A stretch of 39,935 nt of DNA, from assembly GCA_964608145.1 (NCBI GenBank), contig CAZSMD010000002.1, forward strand, positions 1 to 39,935, given 5' to 3'. The position numbers and the translations under genes are program-made. Source of the DNA: an uncultured Candidatus Saccharibacteria bacterium. GTDB taxonomy: Bacteria > Patescibacteriota > Minisyncoccia > Phycocordibacterales > EsbW-18. This document shows positions 26,403-35,246 of the stretch, piece after piece. How positions within the stretch are numbered: the stretch's first letter is position 1; every line of letters starts with the position of its first letter. The notes under the pieces were generated by a model. It had not been told where the DNA came from. It saw nothing but the letters and a program-made list of their open reading frames with translations, and ran no database searches.

Positions 26403-27566
26403 CTACAAAATATCCGACAAAACACTCACGGCGTAGTCAATGTCGTCTTCCGTTGTTTCTCTACCGAACGAAAAACGAAGCGTGCTTCCGGCGTATTCCG
26501 GGTTAAGAGCCGCAACGACAAACGATCCTTCTCCGCCCCCCGACAAACACGCGCTTTTTGATGACACCGCTACGCCGCGTGCGCTTAACTGTGTGACGAG
26601 AAACTCCCCTTCATGGCCTGGAAATGAAACGTTCAAAATTCCTCCCGACGTAGGTGCCGAATCTCCGTTGCAATGCGCCTCCGGGAAACGCTCGAGAATA
26701 CGGTCGCGCATGTACGCGCGAAGCTCGTCCATGCGCTTTCCGTGCGCCGCGCGGAGCGCGGCGCTTCTCCGCACCGCCTCAGCAAAACCGAGCGCGAGTG
26801 CGACCGACGGCGTTCCGCCGCGATCCGGTTTGTGGAGCGCACCCACAAGCCCCGCGTACGGCGTGCCGTTTCGCACATACAGCGCACCGATACCGACAGG
26901 CCCGTAGATTTTTCCGGCATCAAAAGTCGCGAGATCGACATCGAGCTCTTTTACCTGTATTGGCACCGTCGAAAAAGCCTGACTCATATCAGAATGCACA
27001 AGCGGCAGACGGTCAGTACCGAGCTCCGTTCCGCGCCGCCGCACCACCCGCACAAGATCGCGGAGCGGCTCCAGAACGCCGATTTCATTGTTGACCAGCA
27101 TAACCGACACAAGCACCGTCTTGGGTTCAATCAGCCGCTCTATCTCTTGTATGTCGATAATTCCCGAAAAGGTTACAGGGGCATACGACACCCTGACACC
27201 GCGCCGTGAAAGCAGCTCGGCTGCTCCACGAACGGACTGGTGCTCGATTGCACTCACAATGATGTGCATGTCGGAAAGATTCTTTCCCGAATCCTGAAGC
27301 GCATGCACGACCCCGTAAAGCGCGCGTGTATTTGCATCACTGCCGCCCGCCGTGAAAAAGAGTTCGTCAGCCGAACACCCAATCTCACGGGCAATATCCG
27401 CGCGCGCTTGTGCAAGCGCCGCTCCCGCCTCTTTCCCTTCCGCATGCAGAGCGTTCGGATTTGCAAAAGTATTTTCCAGATAGGCGGTGATGACCGTGCG
27501 CGCGCTGTCATCAAGCGGAGTCGCCGCTGCATAGTCGAGATATACGCTGTGTCTTTTCTGTGTCAT
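26403..27566 (-). CDS. cysteine desulfurase (NifS/IscS-like class V aminotransferase)
   Basis: N-terminal region YLDYAAATPL ... ANPNALHAEG ... FTAGGSDANT. PLP-lysine region SDMSQAF..., and an active-site Cys loop SSKSACLSG. I prefer the ATG at 27566 (MTQKRHSVYLDY) to the track's GTG at 27596. Confidence 0.85.
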   Translation of the reverse strand: MTQKRHSVYLDYAAATPLDDSARTVITAYLENTFANPNALHAEGKEAGAALAQARADIAREIGCSADELFFTAGGSDANTRALYGVVHALQDSGKNLSDMHIIVSAIEHQSVRGAAELLSRRGVRVSYAPVTFSGIIDIQEIERLIEPKTVLVSVMLVNNEIGVLEPLRDLVRVVRRRGTELGTDRLPLVHSDMSQAFSTVPIQVKELDVDLATFDAGKIYGPVGIGALYVRNGTPYAGLVGALHKPDRGGTPSVALALGFAEAVRRSAALRAAHGKRMDELRAYMRDRILERFPEAHCNGDSAPTSGGILNVSFPGHEGEFLVTQLSARGVAVSSKSACLSGGGEGSFVVAALNPEYAGSTLRFSFGRETTEDDIDYAVSVLSDIL

Positions 27567-27663
27567 GAATCTATTGTACTCGAAACAATCCCGCACACAC
27601 TTGGTATTTTGCTCTTTTTATTGTATAGTAGAGGGTACGTACGTCGCTCCGACGTCTTTTTAT

Positions 27664-29172
27664 ATGACACCTCCATCACGAACAATTCCCCGCCCCCCTG
27701 TCGTTGTCGTTCTCGGCCACGTCGACCACGGCAAATCAAGCCTTTTGGATTACATCCGAAAGAGCAATGTTGTCGCGGGTGAGGCCGGAGGCATCACCCA
27801 GCACACGGCCGCATACGAAGTGACGCGCGCGGACGCGGAAGGAATCGAGCGCCGCATCACATTCATCGACACGCCAGGTCATGAGGCATTCGGCGCACAG
27901 CGGCGCCGCGGCGCGCTTCTCGCCGACATCGCCGTTCTAGTCGTGTCCGCCGAGGACGGCGTGAAAACACAGACAAAGGAGGCGCTTGCTGCGATTCTCG
28001 ACGCAAAAATTCCATACGTTGTCGCTATTAATAAAATTGATCTCCCCAATGCTGATCTTGAGCGAACGCTTGGGAGTCTCGCGGAAAATGAAATCTACGT
28101 TGAAGGCCGGGGTGGGGCTATCCCCTACGTGCCGATAAGCGCAAAAACAGGAGAAGGCATTGAAAACCTGCTTGAAGTGGTATTGCTGCTCGCCGAAGTT
28201 GAACAATTCACCGGCACACCCGATGTCCCGGCGGAAGGTATTATTGTGGAATCACACCGGGATCCTAAGCGCGGCATTTCCGCAACATTCATCATCCGCA
28301 GCGGAACCCTCAAAACAGGCATGGCAGTTGCGTCTGCAGGCAGCTTCGCCCCTGTCCGTTCCATCCTTTCCGCGAACGGCGACACGCTTTCCGAGGCAAC
28401 TATGTGTACACCGGTGACAATCATCGGCTGGAGCACAATTCCCGAAGTCGGCGCAAAAGTGGTTTCATTTGAGAAGAAAAAAGATGCAGAGTGCTACGCT
28501 GATGAAAACTGCAAAATAGAAAAGCGTGCGGAACCGGCAATGGAGAGCGCCGCCGAGGACAGCGCCGTCGCGCTCATCCCCATTATCATCAAAGCCGATG
28601 TGACCGGGTCCATAGATGCCATCCGCCACGAAATCGGAAAAATCCAGACCGAACGCGTCCTGCTTAAAGTACTTCACGCGGATGTCGGCGCAATCGGTGA
28701 AGGTGATGTTAAGCGCGCCGGCGGTGATGCGCGAACGGTCATCATCGGATTCAACACGATGCTTGAGCCGGGTGTGCGCGAAATTGCGGAACGCGCCGGT
28801 GTCGCCATTCACACCGAATCAATTATTTACAAACTGCATGAGTGGCTCGAAGCGCTTGCTGTTGAGCGCCGGCCCAAGCAAACAATTGAAGAGGTGCACG
28901 GACGCGCAAAAATTTTGAAAATTTTCAGCAAAATTAAATCAAAGCAGGTTATCGGCGCGCGCGTTGAAGAAGGAGTCATCGGTCTCGGAAACACCGTCAC
29001 TGTTCTGCGCCGCGACGAACCGATAGGAAACGGAAAAATTGTCGAACTTCAGAAAGAACGAAACACCATTAAGGAAGCGGAGAAAGGCGCCGAGTTCGGA
29101 GCAAAAATCGATGCGCACGTTGATATCGCGCCCGGTGACCACATCGCCGCATATACCACCGTCATTCGCTAA
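27664..29172 (+). CDS. infB: translation initiation factor IF-2, short form starting at the G domain
   Basis: G-domain motifs GHVDHGKSSLLD, DTPGH and NKID, plus IF-2 domains II to C2. I prefer the ATG at 27664 (MTPPSRTIPRPPVVVVLGHVDHGKS). The track's extension from 27565 is hydrophobic junk that overlaps the divergent promoter region. Confidence 0.9.
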   Translation: MTPPSRTIPRPPVVVVLGHVDHGKSSLLDYIRKSNVVAGEAGGITQHTAAYEVTRADAEGIERRITFIDTPGHEAFGAQRRRGALLADIAVLVVSAEDGVKTQTKEALAAILDAKIPYVVAINKIDLPNADLERTLGSLAENEIYVEGRGGAIPYVPISAKTGEGIENLLEVVLLLAEVEQFTGTPDVPAEGIIVESHRDPKRGISATFIIRSGTLKTGMAVASAGSFAPVRSILSANGDTLSEATMCTPVTIIGWSTIPEVGAKVVSFEKKKDAECYADENCKIEKRAEPAMESAAEDSAVALIPIIIKADVTGSIDAIRHEIGKIQTERVLLKVLHADVGAIGEGDVKRAGGDARTVIIGFNTMLEPGVREIAERAGVAIHTESIIYKLHEWLEALAVERRPKQTIEEVHGRAKILKIFSKIKSKQVIGARVEEGVIGLGNTVTVLRRDEPIGNGKIVELQKERNTIKEAEKGAEFGAKIDAHVDIAPGDHIAAYTTVIR

Positions 29173-29176
29173 TTGT

Positions 29177-29503
29177 ATGCACGCGTCGCACGAAGAACAC
29201 TTTGCGCATCTTGCCGCAGAGTTCATCAACAAAGAATCAAACCGGCAGTCACTGGTGACGGTAACGAACGCGCGGCTCTCTCGCGACGGTAAGCGCTGTG
29301 ACATTTTGCTGACAGTACTCCCCGAGGACAAAGAACACGACGCGATTGATTTTCTTACGCGTAAGGTTAGCGAATTTCGTTCATTCGTCAAAAGCCAGTC
29401 ACGCGGACGAATTGTTCCCATGTTCAGTTTTGCAATTGATACAGGAGAAAAAAACCGCCAAATTCTTGACACATTGTCAGAGGGCGATAAATCCTTAGAA
29501 TAA
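29177..29503 (+). CDS. rbfA: ribosome-binding factor A (RbfA)-like
   Basis: 108 aa from the ATG at 29177. It has the canonical position after infB and a KH-like pattern (VTVTNARLSRDGKRCDILLTV ... RGRIVPMFSFAIDTGEKN). Confidence 0.7.
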   Translation: MHASHEEHFAHLAAEFINKESNRQSLVTVTNARLSRDGKRCDILLTVLPEDKEHDAIDFLTRKVSEFRSFVKSQSRGRIVPMFSFAIDTGEKNRQILDTLSEGDKSLE

Positions 29504-29510
29504 GAGAGAC

Positions 29511-29582
29511 GGCACGATGGCGAAGTGGTAACGCGACGGTCTGCAAAACCGTTATGCACGGGTTCGATTCCCGTTCGTGCCT
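29511..29582 (+). tRNA. tRNA-Cys (anticodon GCA)
   Basis: GGCACGA ... ACGGT CTGCAAA ACCGT ... CACGGGTTCGATTCCCGT TCGTGCC T. Discriminator U, as expected for Cys. CCA is not encoded. Confidence 0.9.
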
Positions 29583-29593
29583 CCTGCTTTTAC

Positions 29594-29679
29594 GTCGGGG
29601 TGGCGAAATTGGTAGACGCCGCAGACTTAAGATCTGCTGTCTGTAAAAAGACGTGAGGGTTCGAGTCCCTCCCCCGGCA
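29594..29679 (+). tRNA. tRNA-Leu (anticodon TAA), long variable arm
   Basis: GTCGGGG TG GCGAAATTGGTAGACGC C GCAGA CTTAAGA TCTGC TGTCTGTAAAAAGACGT GAGGG TTCGAGT CCCTC CCCCGGC A. CCA is not encoded. Confidence 0.9.
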
Positions 29680-29780
29680 CAAGCGAAGCTTGTCTCCTTG
29701 AGGGACGAGAAGACCTTTTGAGAGAGTTTGTGAGCATTGCGAAACAAACTATCCAAAAGGTGTACTGCTCCTGTAAGGAG

Positions 29781-29801
29781 CGAGTCCCTCCCCCGGCACA
29801 A
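29781..29801 (+). repeat. distal direct copy of the tRNA-Leu 3' end (21 nt)
   Basis: CGAGTCCCTCCCCCGGCACAA is identical at 29662-29682 (tRNA-Leu T-loop through the discriminator plus CAA) and at 29781-29801. Confidence 0.9.
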
Positions 29802-29805
29802 AAAT

Positions 29806-29831
29806 CCCTCCCGAAATCGGGAGGGTGTTTT
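29806..29831. terminator. rho-independent terminator after the tRNA-Leu region, convergent with the protease gene
   Basis: CCCTCCCG-AAAT-CGGGAGGG-TGTTTT. Confidence 0.65.
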
Positions 29832-29844
29832 GCAACAAGAAACA

Positions 29845-30990
29845 TTACTCCGAGACACCGCGTTCGTGGAAAATACTCTCGAAAAGTGCTGCGGACGAGA
29901 TACCGGAGGCGTCGTCTCCGGCGGCGAGCTCGCGGTACAGTCCGTCGCCGCGTTTCGTGAGAACGGACGTGCGGGGATCACCGACCAGCATGCGAACCGG
30001 GCGTTTCTCTCCGCCGCGCCACGCAAGCTTTGTATCGCGGATGAAGAAAAAGGCGTCGTCTCCTACGAAAACTGCTGCATCGTCTGAAGCTTCGAGCGGA
30101 CTCGTGCCCAGCACGGTGACGACGGTCTCCGTGAACTTATCTCCGCCGTGCAAGAGTGGAGCAGATTCGACGGTGATTTCGTAGAACGGAAGCGCGGAAT
30201 ACGTCGTCTCCCCGACTGCATCGGCAACGGTCTCTTCCCAGTAGAGGCCCGAATCCTGGTTCCACTTCGTCTCGGAAACAGCAACAACGCGCCCGACCAG
30301 GATTTCATCGGCGATTTGAATTCGCTCGAGGAGAGAGAACTCCTGGTACGAGAAATCAACGTGTACGTTGCTTTCCGAAGGTTTCTCCGCAGACGAGACG
30401 CCCGGACTCGAGAGCAGATTGTCGTACTGTGCGTTCACCGCGTCTTCGTCGTCATTTTCGAGCGAGCGCTTCCAGGTCTTTCCGTACTTGTACCCGGAGC
30501 ACATGGTAGGACGGTTTGATTCGGAAACCGACGAAGAGCAGTTCTCGCTTTGCGTGTGCCCGATGCCGAGCGCGTGTCCGAATTCGTGTGCGGTCTCAGA
30601 ACGTGCGTCAAGCCTGCTGCTTGAGGGCGAGCTCGACCCCGTGTACCACGACTCCCCGTTGTCGAACCGCATGCTCATCTTGGTAATCCAGTTGTTGTAA
30701 TACCAGACCGTCGTCGTTGCGAACGTGCCGTACTTCCCGTCGATGTCCGTCATGAATACGTCGTTGATGCTCCCGGAATCATAGCGCCAGTCGAACGGCG
30801 ACGCCGACTCCCACCGGCCGGCGCCGTAGGAAGCCGCACTTCGCCAGGACGAGGTCATGGTGTGCGCGTCGTACGTCGCACTCGGCGTCGGCCACGCGCT
30901 CCCGTAGAGCACGTAGGCACTCGCCTCAGCGGTGACGAAAAACGCAACGACGAGAATGATGCTGCCGACGAGAGAAAGCTTGGTCTTCAT
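29845..30990 (-). CDS. secreted metzincin (matrixin/M10-like) zinc metalloprotease with a C-terminal domain of unknown function
   Basis: Signal or anchor MKTKLSLVGSIILVVAFFVTAEASA, zinc site HEFGHALGIGH (HExxHxxGxxH) and a downstream Met-turn candidate (RPTMCSG). I chose the ATG at 30990 because it follows AGGAGA by 5 nt. The track's extension to 31113 is unsupported. Confidence 0.75.
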   Translation of the reverse strand: MKTKLSLVGSIILVVAFFVTAEASAYVLYGSAWPTPSATYDAHTMTSSWRSAASYGAGRWESASPFDWRYDSGSINDVFMTDIDGKYGTFATTTVWYYNNWITKMSMRFDNGESWYTGSSSPSSSRLDARSETAHEFGHALGIGHTQSENCSSSVSESNRPTMCSGYKYGKTWKRSLENDDEDAVNAQYDNLLSSPGVSSAEKPSESNVHVDFSYQEFSLLERIQIADEILVGRVVAVSETKWNQDSGLYWEETVADAVGETTYSALPFYEITVESAPLLHGGDKFTETVVTVLGTSPLEASDDAAVFVGDDAFFFIRDTKLAWRGGEKRPVRMLVGDPRTSVLTKRGDGLYRELAAGDDASGISSAALFESIFHERGVSE

Positions 30991-31246
30991 GATGTTCTCC
31001 TGTGTGTTAGTTTTTTTATCTGCATCTCCGACTTCGCACTGCGTGATTCTGCTCCTCCTTTCTTGTTGTTTGTAATGAACTCTCTGCACCGAGTTTAGAA
31101 AACGAGGGTTCAAGAGAAATTCAAAGAAACCGATTGACGTGTCTTACATTTTGCCAGATAAAGATAAAAGAAAAATAAAAAACACACCTAGAGAGCGGTG
31201 CGTTTTTGTTTTCCCGTGTATAGAGTGCGCCGTCTTTTCTGCCGAC

Positions 31247-32524
31247 CTAGCGCGCGCCGCGGAACGGCGGCCGAGAGCGGCGGTTCGGTTTTCCCTGTCC
31301 CCTCCTTTGAAAAGCATGTGGACGCGCCGACGTACGCCGCGCGTGTCTAAAATGCCGGGGCGCATCAGGACTGTCGTCTCCCGAGGCAATCGAACGCGCC
31401 GGGGGGAGATCAGAAGGAACATGCGAAATACGGAGCGGTTTCTTGATGAGGCGTTCGATACTGCGCGCATCATTACGTTCATGCGGCAGTGCAAACGAAA
31501 TGGCGCTGCCCTCTCTTCCCGCACGTCCGGTTCGTCCGATACGGTGGACATAATCAGTCGTTTGCGACGGCAAATCGAAGTTGACGACGAGTTCAATGCC
31601 GGAAACATCAATGCCGCGCGCAGCGATGTCGGTCGCAACAAGCAAACGATATTTTCCGCTTTTAAAACCTTCCAATGCTTCGCGTCGCTGGTTGAGCGAA
31701 CGGTTGGAGTGAATTTCCGCTGCCGTATGCCCCATTGCACGGAGCGAGCGGGCGATTCGTTTGGCGCCAAATTTCGTCCGTGAAAAAACCAAGGTCGGGC
31801 CGTGGTATTCGCCGACAACTTTTTCAAGCAGTTGTAGTTTTGATTGTTTGGGCACAACAATGATTTCCTGTGTCACGTGCTCTGCTGCGGTTCCCTGCGG
31901 AGCAATTTCAATGCGTATCGGCAATTTCATATGTGTCGAGGCAATCGACATGACTTCGCCGGCGAGCGTCGCAGAAAAAAGCATCGTCTGACGGTCTTTC
32001 GGCACAGCCGCGAGCACCTTTCGAATTTGTGGCAAAAAGCCCATGTCGAGCATGCGGTCGGCTTCGTCGAGTACCAAAATGCCGACCTCTCCGAGACGGA
32101 CTGTTTTATGCTCCAAGTGGTCAATGAGGCGGCCGGGTGTTGCAATGACAATGTCGGGTCCCCGGCGCAATGAGCCAACCTGTGCGTGCATCGGCGCGCC
32201 GCCGATAAGCACCGCCGTTTTAATGCCAAGCGGGGTTCCCACCGCACGGAGCGATTCTTCCACCTGAAGCGCAAGTTCACGGGTCGGCACAAGTACAAGC
32301 CCTTTGGTATTTTTGCTCTTAATCTGCTGAATCATCGGAATGCCAAAAGCGAGCGTCTTGCCCGTTCCTGTTTGAGCAATACCAACGACATCCTTTCCTT
32401 CTATTGCAATGGGGATTGACTGACTTTGAATCGGCGTTGGGACCGTAAATTTGAGACGTAACAAAACATCGCGCACATCCGGCGCGAGTCCCATACCGTC
32501 AAACGTCTGGTGTTGTGGAGTCAT
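31247..32524 (-). CDS. DEAD-box ATP-dependent RNA helicase with an Arg-rich C-terminal tail
   Basis: Q motif (TPIQ), motif I AQTGTGKT, motif II DEAD (VLDEADRM), SAT, and motif VI HRIGRTGRAG. Confidence 0.92.
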   Translation of the reverse strand: MTPQHQTFDGMGLAPDVRDVLLRLKFTVPTPIQSQSIPIAIEGKDVVGIAQTGTGKTLAFGIPMIQQIKSKNTKGLVLVPTRELALQVEESLRAVGTPLGIKTAVLIGGAPMHAQVGSLRRGPDIVIATPGRLIDHLEHKTVRLGEVGILVLDEADRMLDMGFLPQIRKVLAAVPKDRQTMLFSATLAGEVMSIASTHMKLPIRIEIAPQGTAAEHVTQEIIVVPKQSKLQLLEKVVGEYHGPTLVFSRTKFGAKRIARSLRAMGHTAAEIHSNRSLNQRREALEGFKSGKYRLLVATDIAARGIDVSGIELVVNFDLPSQTTDYVHRIGRTGRAGREGSAISFALPHERNDARSIERLIKKPLRISHVPSDLPPARSIASGDDSPDAPRHFRHARRTSARPHAFQRRGQGKPNRRSRPPFRGAR

Positions 32525-32577
32525 GAAGAGCTACACAATACCACGTTTTTTATTAAAAAGATACCCCTGAGAAACCA

Positions 32578-34371
32578 CTAGCGCACAGCTAAAAAGCCGC
32601 CTGCTTGTAGATTCCATAAATCTTTGTAGAGACCATCCTTTTTTGCAAGCAGTTCCTCGTGACTTCCCTCTTCGATAATCGATCCATCACTAATAACAAT
32701 GATGCGGTCCATCTTGCGAATCGTCGAAAGGCGGTGTGCTATGACAATCGTTGTTTTCCCGCGCATGAGCCGGTCAAGCGCATCCTGAATGAGCGACTCC
32801 GAGTGAGAATCGAGACTCGAGGTTGCTTCGTCAAGAATAAGTACCGGTGCGTTTTTGAGAATTGCACGCGCAATAGCGACACGTTGTCGTTCTCCCCCGG
32901 AAAGCTTGACGCCACGCTCACCGACAAATGTTTCATATTTGAGCGGAAGTTGTTCTATAAACTCGTCGCAGTGTGCCAAACGAGCCGCTTCGATAACCTC
33001 CTCATCCGTTGCGTCACGCCGTCCATAGCGAATATTCTCCATAAGCGTACGGTGAAACAAAACCGGGTCTTGTGGTACCAGACTGATATTTTGTCGCAAA
33101 CTTTCTTGTGTTACTTGATGGATATCCTGTCCGTCAATGAGAATCTTGCCATCAGTTAAATCGTACATACGCGCAAGTAATTTCACGATTGTAGATTTCC
33201 CCGCTCCTGACGGACCGATACAAGCAACTTTCTCTCCACCGTGTATGGAAAGGTTGACGCGTTTTAAAACCGAGCGTGTTTCATTGAAGGCAAACGACAC
33301 ATCTTTAAATACAACACTGCCTTGTGTCACCGTGAGCGGTTTCGCCCCCGGAACATCTGACACTTCGTGCGGCAGTGCCAAAATTTCCACCATTTCTTTC
33401 GAATCACCAAACCCCTCGTAGACACTTCGAACCACGCGACTAAATCCCCAGAGTTGGCCGGCAAGCCCGAGGATGTAGACTTGTATCAAGACGAACGTAC
33501 CAACGGTAATCTCTCCGCGTTCCCAAAATCCAAGGGCAAAGTAGAAAAGCAAAAAACCGATGACAATGATAAGCCCAGCCTGCGTTGAATCGAGAATCAT
33601 CGAAAAATTCCACGTACGACGTTGCGCGCGTGCCTGCTCATTTGACACATCCGTGAAAACGGCTGACTCATGAGATGAGCCAACGAATGAAGCGACCGTA
33701 TTCTGGTTCGTCAGCGTATCTGCTAATCGCGCCGTTGTTGCTGAATCGGCCTCTGCAGAACGAATATCATATTTGAGTTTCCAGCGCGAGAAGAAATAGC
33801 TGAAGAGGAGGACGAATGAAGCCCACGCAAGGATAATCTTCGCCACAGCGGGTTCTTGAAACCACACGACCGTCACTACACCGACGGTTTGTATGAGGAG
33901 CGGAATGAGGTTAAAGATAAGCGTATCAAAGAGACGTTCAAATGAACGGCTGAAACGGTTCACTCGCTGGACCAATGCGCCTGAAAAATTGTTCGTGAAG
34001 AATTTGTACGAGTGATCAATCATGTACGTCAGCGACATCTGCTTGAGACGCGCCATGACGCTCGATTCAAAATCCTGAACAACAAACAGTCCTGCCTGGA
34101 ACAGCACCCAGGCGATGCCCTCAACAATGAGGATGAGCACGAGGATGTCCACCAGTCCCGGGACAAGTGCATCTCGCACCGAATCGGCGGCTGAGATTGC
34201 GTCGAAAAAACGCTTATATAGAAGCGGTGGAAAAAGACGTATGGCATACGATCCGCTAAAAACGATTATGGTGAAGTAAAAAGCCCATCGTTTGGGACCG
34301 ATACCCGACCAAAATGCTTTGAGGACGTCCGTAAGCCCGACTTTTGGCATGTTCGGATCTTTGACTTTCAT
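32578..34371 (-). CDS. ABC exporter, fused permease and ATPase (MsbA/multidrug type)
   Basis: 597 aa. A six-TM type I exporter domain is followed by an NBD with Walker A GPSGAGKST, signature LSGGERQR and Walker B LILDEATS. Confidence 0.9.
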   Translation of the reverse strand: MKVKDPNMPKVGLTDVLKAFWSGIGPKRWAFYFTIIVFSGSYAIRLFPPLLYKRFFDAISAADSVRDALVPGLVDILVLILIVEGIAWVLFQAGLFVVQDFESSVMARLKQMSLTYMIDHSYKFFTNNFSGALVQRVNRFSRSFERLFDTLIFNLIPLLIQTVGVVTVVWFQEPAVAKIILAWASFVLLFSYFFSRWKLKYDIRSAEADSATTARLADTLTNQNTVASFVGSSHESAVFTDVSNEQARAQRRTWNFSMILDSTQAGLIIVIGFLLFYFALGFWERGEITVGTFVLIQVYILGLAGQLWGFSRVVRSVYEGFGDSKEMVEILALPHEVSDVPGAKPLTVTQGSVVFKDVSFAFNETRSVLKRVNLSIHGGEKVACIGPSGAGKSTIVKLLARMYDLTDGKILIDGQDIHQVTQESLRQNISLVPQDPVLFHRTLMENIRYGRRDATDEEVIEAARLAHCDEFIEQLPLKYETFVGERGVKLSGGERQRVAIARAILKNAPVLILDEATSSLDSHSESLIQDALDRLMRGKTTIVIAHRLSTIRKMDRIIVISDGSIIEEGSHEELLAKKDGLYKDLWNLQAGGFLAVR

Positions 34372-34403
34372 ACGGCGTTTTTATTCTACTCCTAAGGAAG
34401 TAG

Positions 34404-34429
34404 AAAAAGAAGCGCTCTGCGCTTCTTTT
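34404..34429 (-). terminator. rho-independent terminator after lexA
   Basis: The minus strand reads TAA-AAGAAGCGC-AGA-GCGCTTCTT-TTTCT. The stem begins at the lexA stop codon. Confidence 0.55.
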
Positions 34430-35000
34430 AGTGTCCGTACCTTCGGATAACGGAACGAACGACCGCCCCGATGCGCATCGTTTCTTCCGGGTAAATATCT
34501 TTGTATTTTTTATTTCCAGGTTCCAGATAGTAACCGCGCTGTCCCTGACGCAAATATTTGAGCGTCCAGGAGCCGTCCACTTCCGCAACAACGATTTCGC
34601 CCACCTTCGCTTTCTCAGTACGTTCCACAAGCACAAAGTCTCCCTCAAAAATTCCCGCGTCTATCATGGAGTCCCCTTTGACACGCAAGATATACGTCGC
34701 TTCTCTGTCGCCGACAAGCCATTCATCCAGACTTGTCGTATCAAGCACCTGTTCTTCCGCAGGCGTCGGAATACCCGCCTCAACAAGACCAAGCATCTTT
34801 ACTTCGCCAAAAAGAACCGAGGGTGTGAGCCGCCCGAGATGGTCTTTCATGACGACACCCGCATCAACAAGTTTTTCGACGACCTTCGCCACCGCATTTT
34901 TGGACTTGAAGCCGAAAAGCTTCATCATCTCGGTGTACGTCGGCATCCGCTTGTGCGATCCGTAAAAACGATTCAGTTTGTTGGAATATTCTGTGAGCAT
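34428..35000 (-). CDS. lexA: LexA repressor (S24 self-cleaving peptidase)
   Basis: 190 aa with an N-terminal winged HTH. It has an Ala-Gly cleavage site (LVEAGIP), the catalytic Ser in VKGDSM and a Lys in WTLKYL. Confidence 0.92.
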   Translation of the reverse strand: MLTEYSNKLNRFYGSHKRMPTYTEMMKLFGFKSKNAVAKVVEKLVDAGVVMKDHLGRLTPSVLFGEVKMLGLVEAGIPTPAEEQVLDTTSLDEWLVGDREATYILRVKGDSMIDAGIFEGDFVLVERTEKAKVGEIVVAEVDGSWTLKYLRQGQRGYYLEPGNKKYKDIYPEETMRIGAVVRSVIRRYGH

Positions 35001-35195
35001 TTAGAAAAGCGCCATAACAGATGACAGACGCGTGAGGAGCGACGGCTGCCGGCGGTGACGTGCCCATCTGAGAAGCGCCTTGTGACGCTTCGCCTCCCGT
35101 TTATATGATAGCCCGTGGAGTATCTTCTCATCAATGAGAAGGTTGAGATTGTCGAGTTCACGCTCGACACGCTTGTGGTAACTGCGGTAGTGCAT
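35001..35195 (-). CDS. 64-aa basic hypothetical protein, first gene of the lexA operon
   Basis: The ORF starts with ATG. Its TAA stop is immediately followed by the lexA ATG (TAAATG). The promoter and SOS box lie upstream of this ORF, not upstream of lexA. I recognise no family. Confidence 0.5.
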   Translation of the reverse strand: MHYRSYHKRVERELDNLNLLIDEKILHGLSYKREAKRHKALLRWARHRRQPSLLTRLSSVMALF

Positions 35196-35246
35196 AGGCG
35201 ACGATTGTTAGTGGATAAACCCCGTTTGTAACGTATGTGTAGTATA

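Noticed and set aside
28939-30026. Minus-strand ORFs 28939..29559 (206 aa) and 29424..30026 (200 aa).
   Set aside because: They run antisense through infB, rbfA and both tRNA genes. They have no motifs and an Arg/Ser-rich composition.
31139-31860. ORFs 31139..31783 (plus strand, 214 aa) and 31144..31860 (minus strand, 238 aa) overlapping the 3' part of the helicase gene.
   Set aside because: They are alternate-frame or antisense shadows of the Arg-rich helicase tail. The DEAD-box frame carries all the helicase motifs.
34431-35024. A 197-aa plus-strand ORF antisense to lexA, and 36858..37610 (250 aa) antisense to the FN3 gene.
   Set aside because: The opposite strands encode clearly recognisable proteins. 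These translations are low-complexity (Ser-rich) with no motifs.
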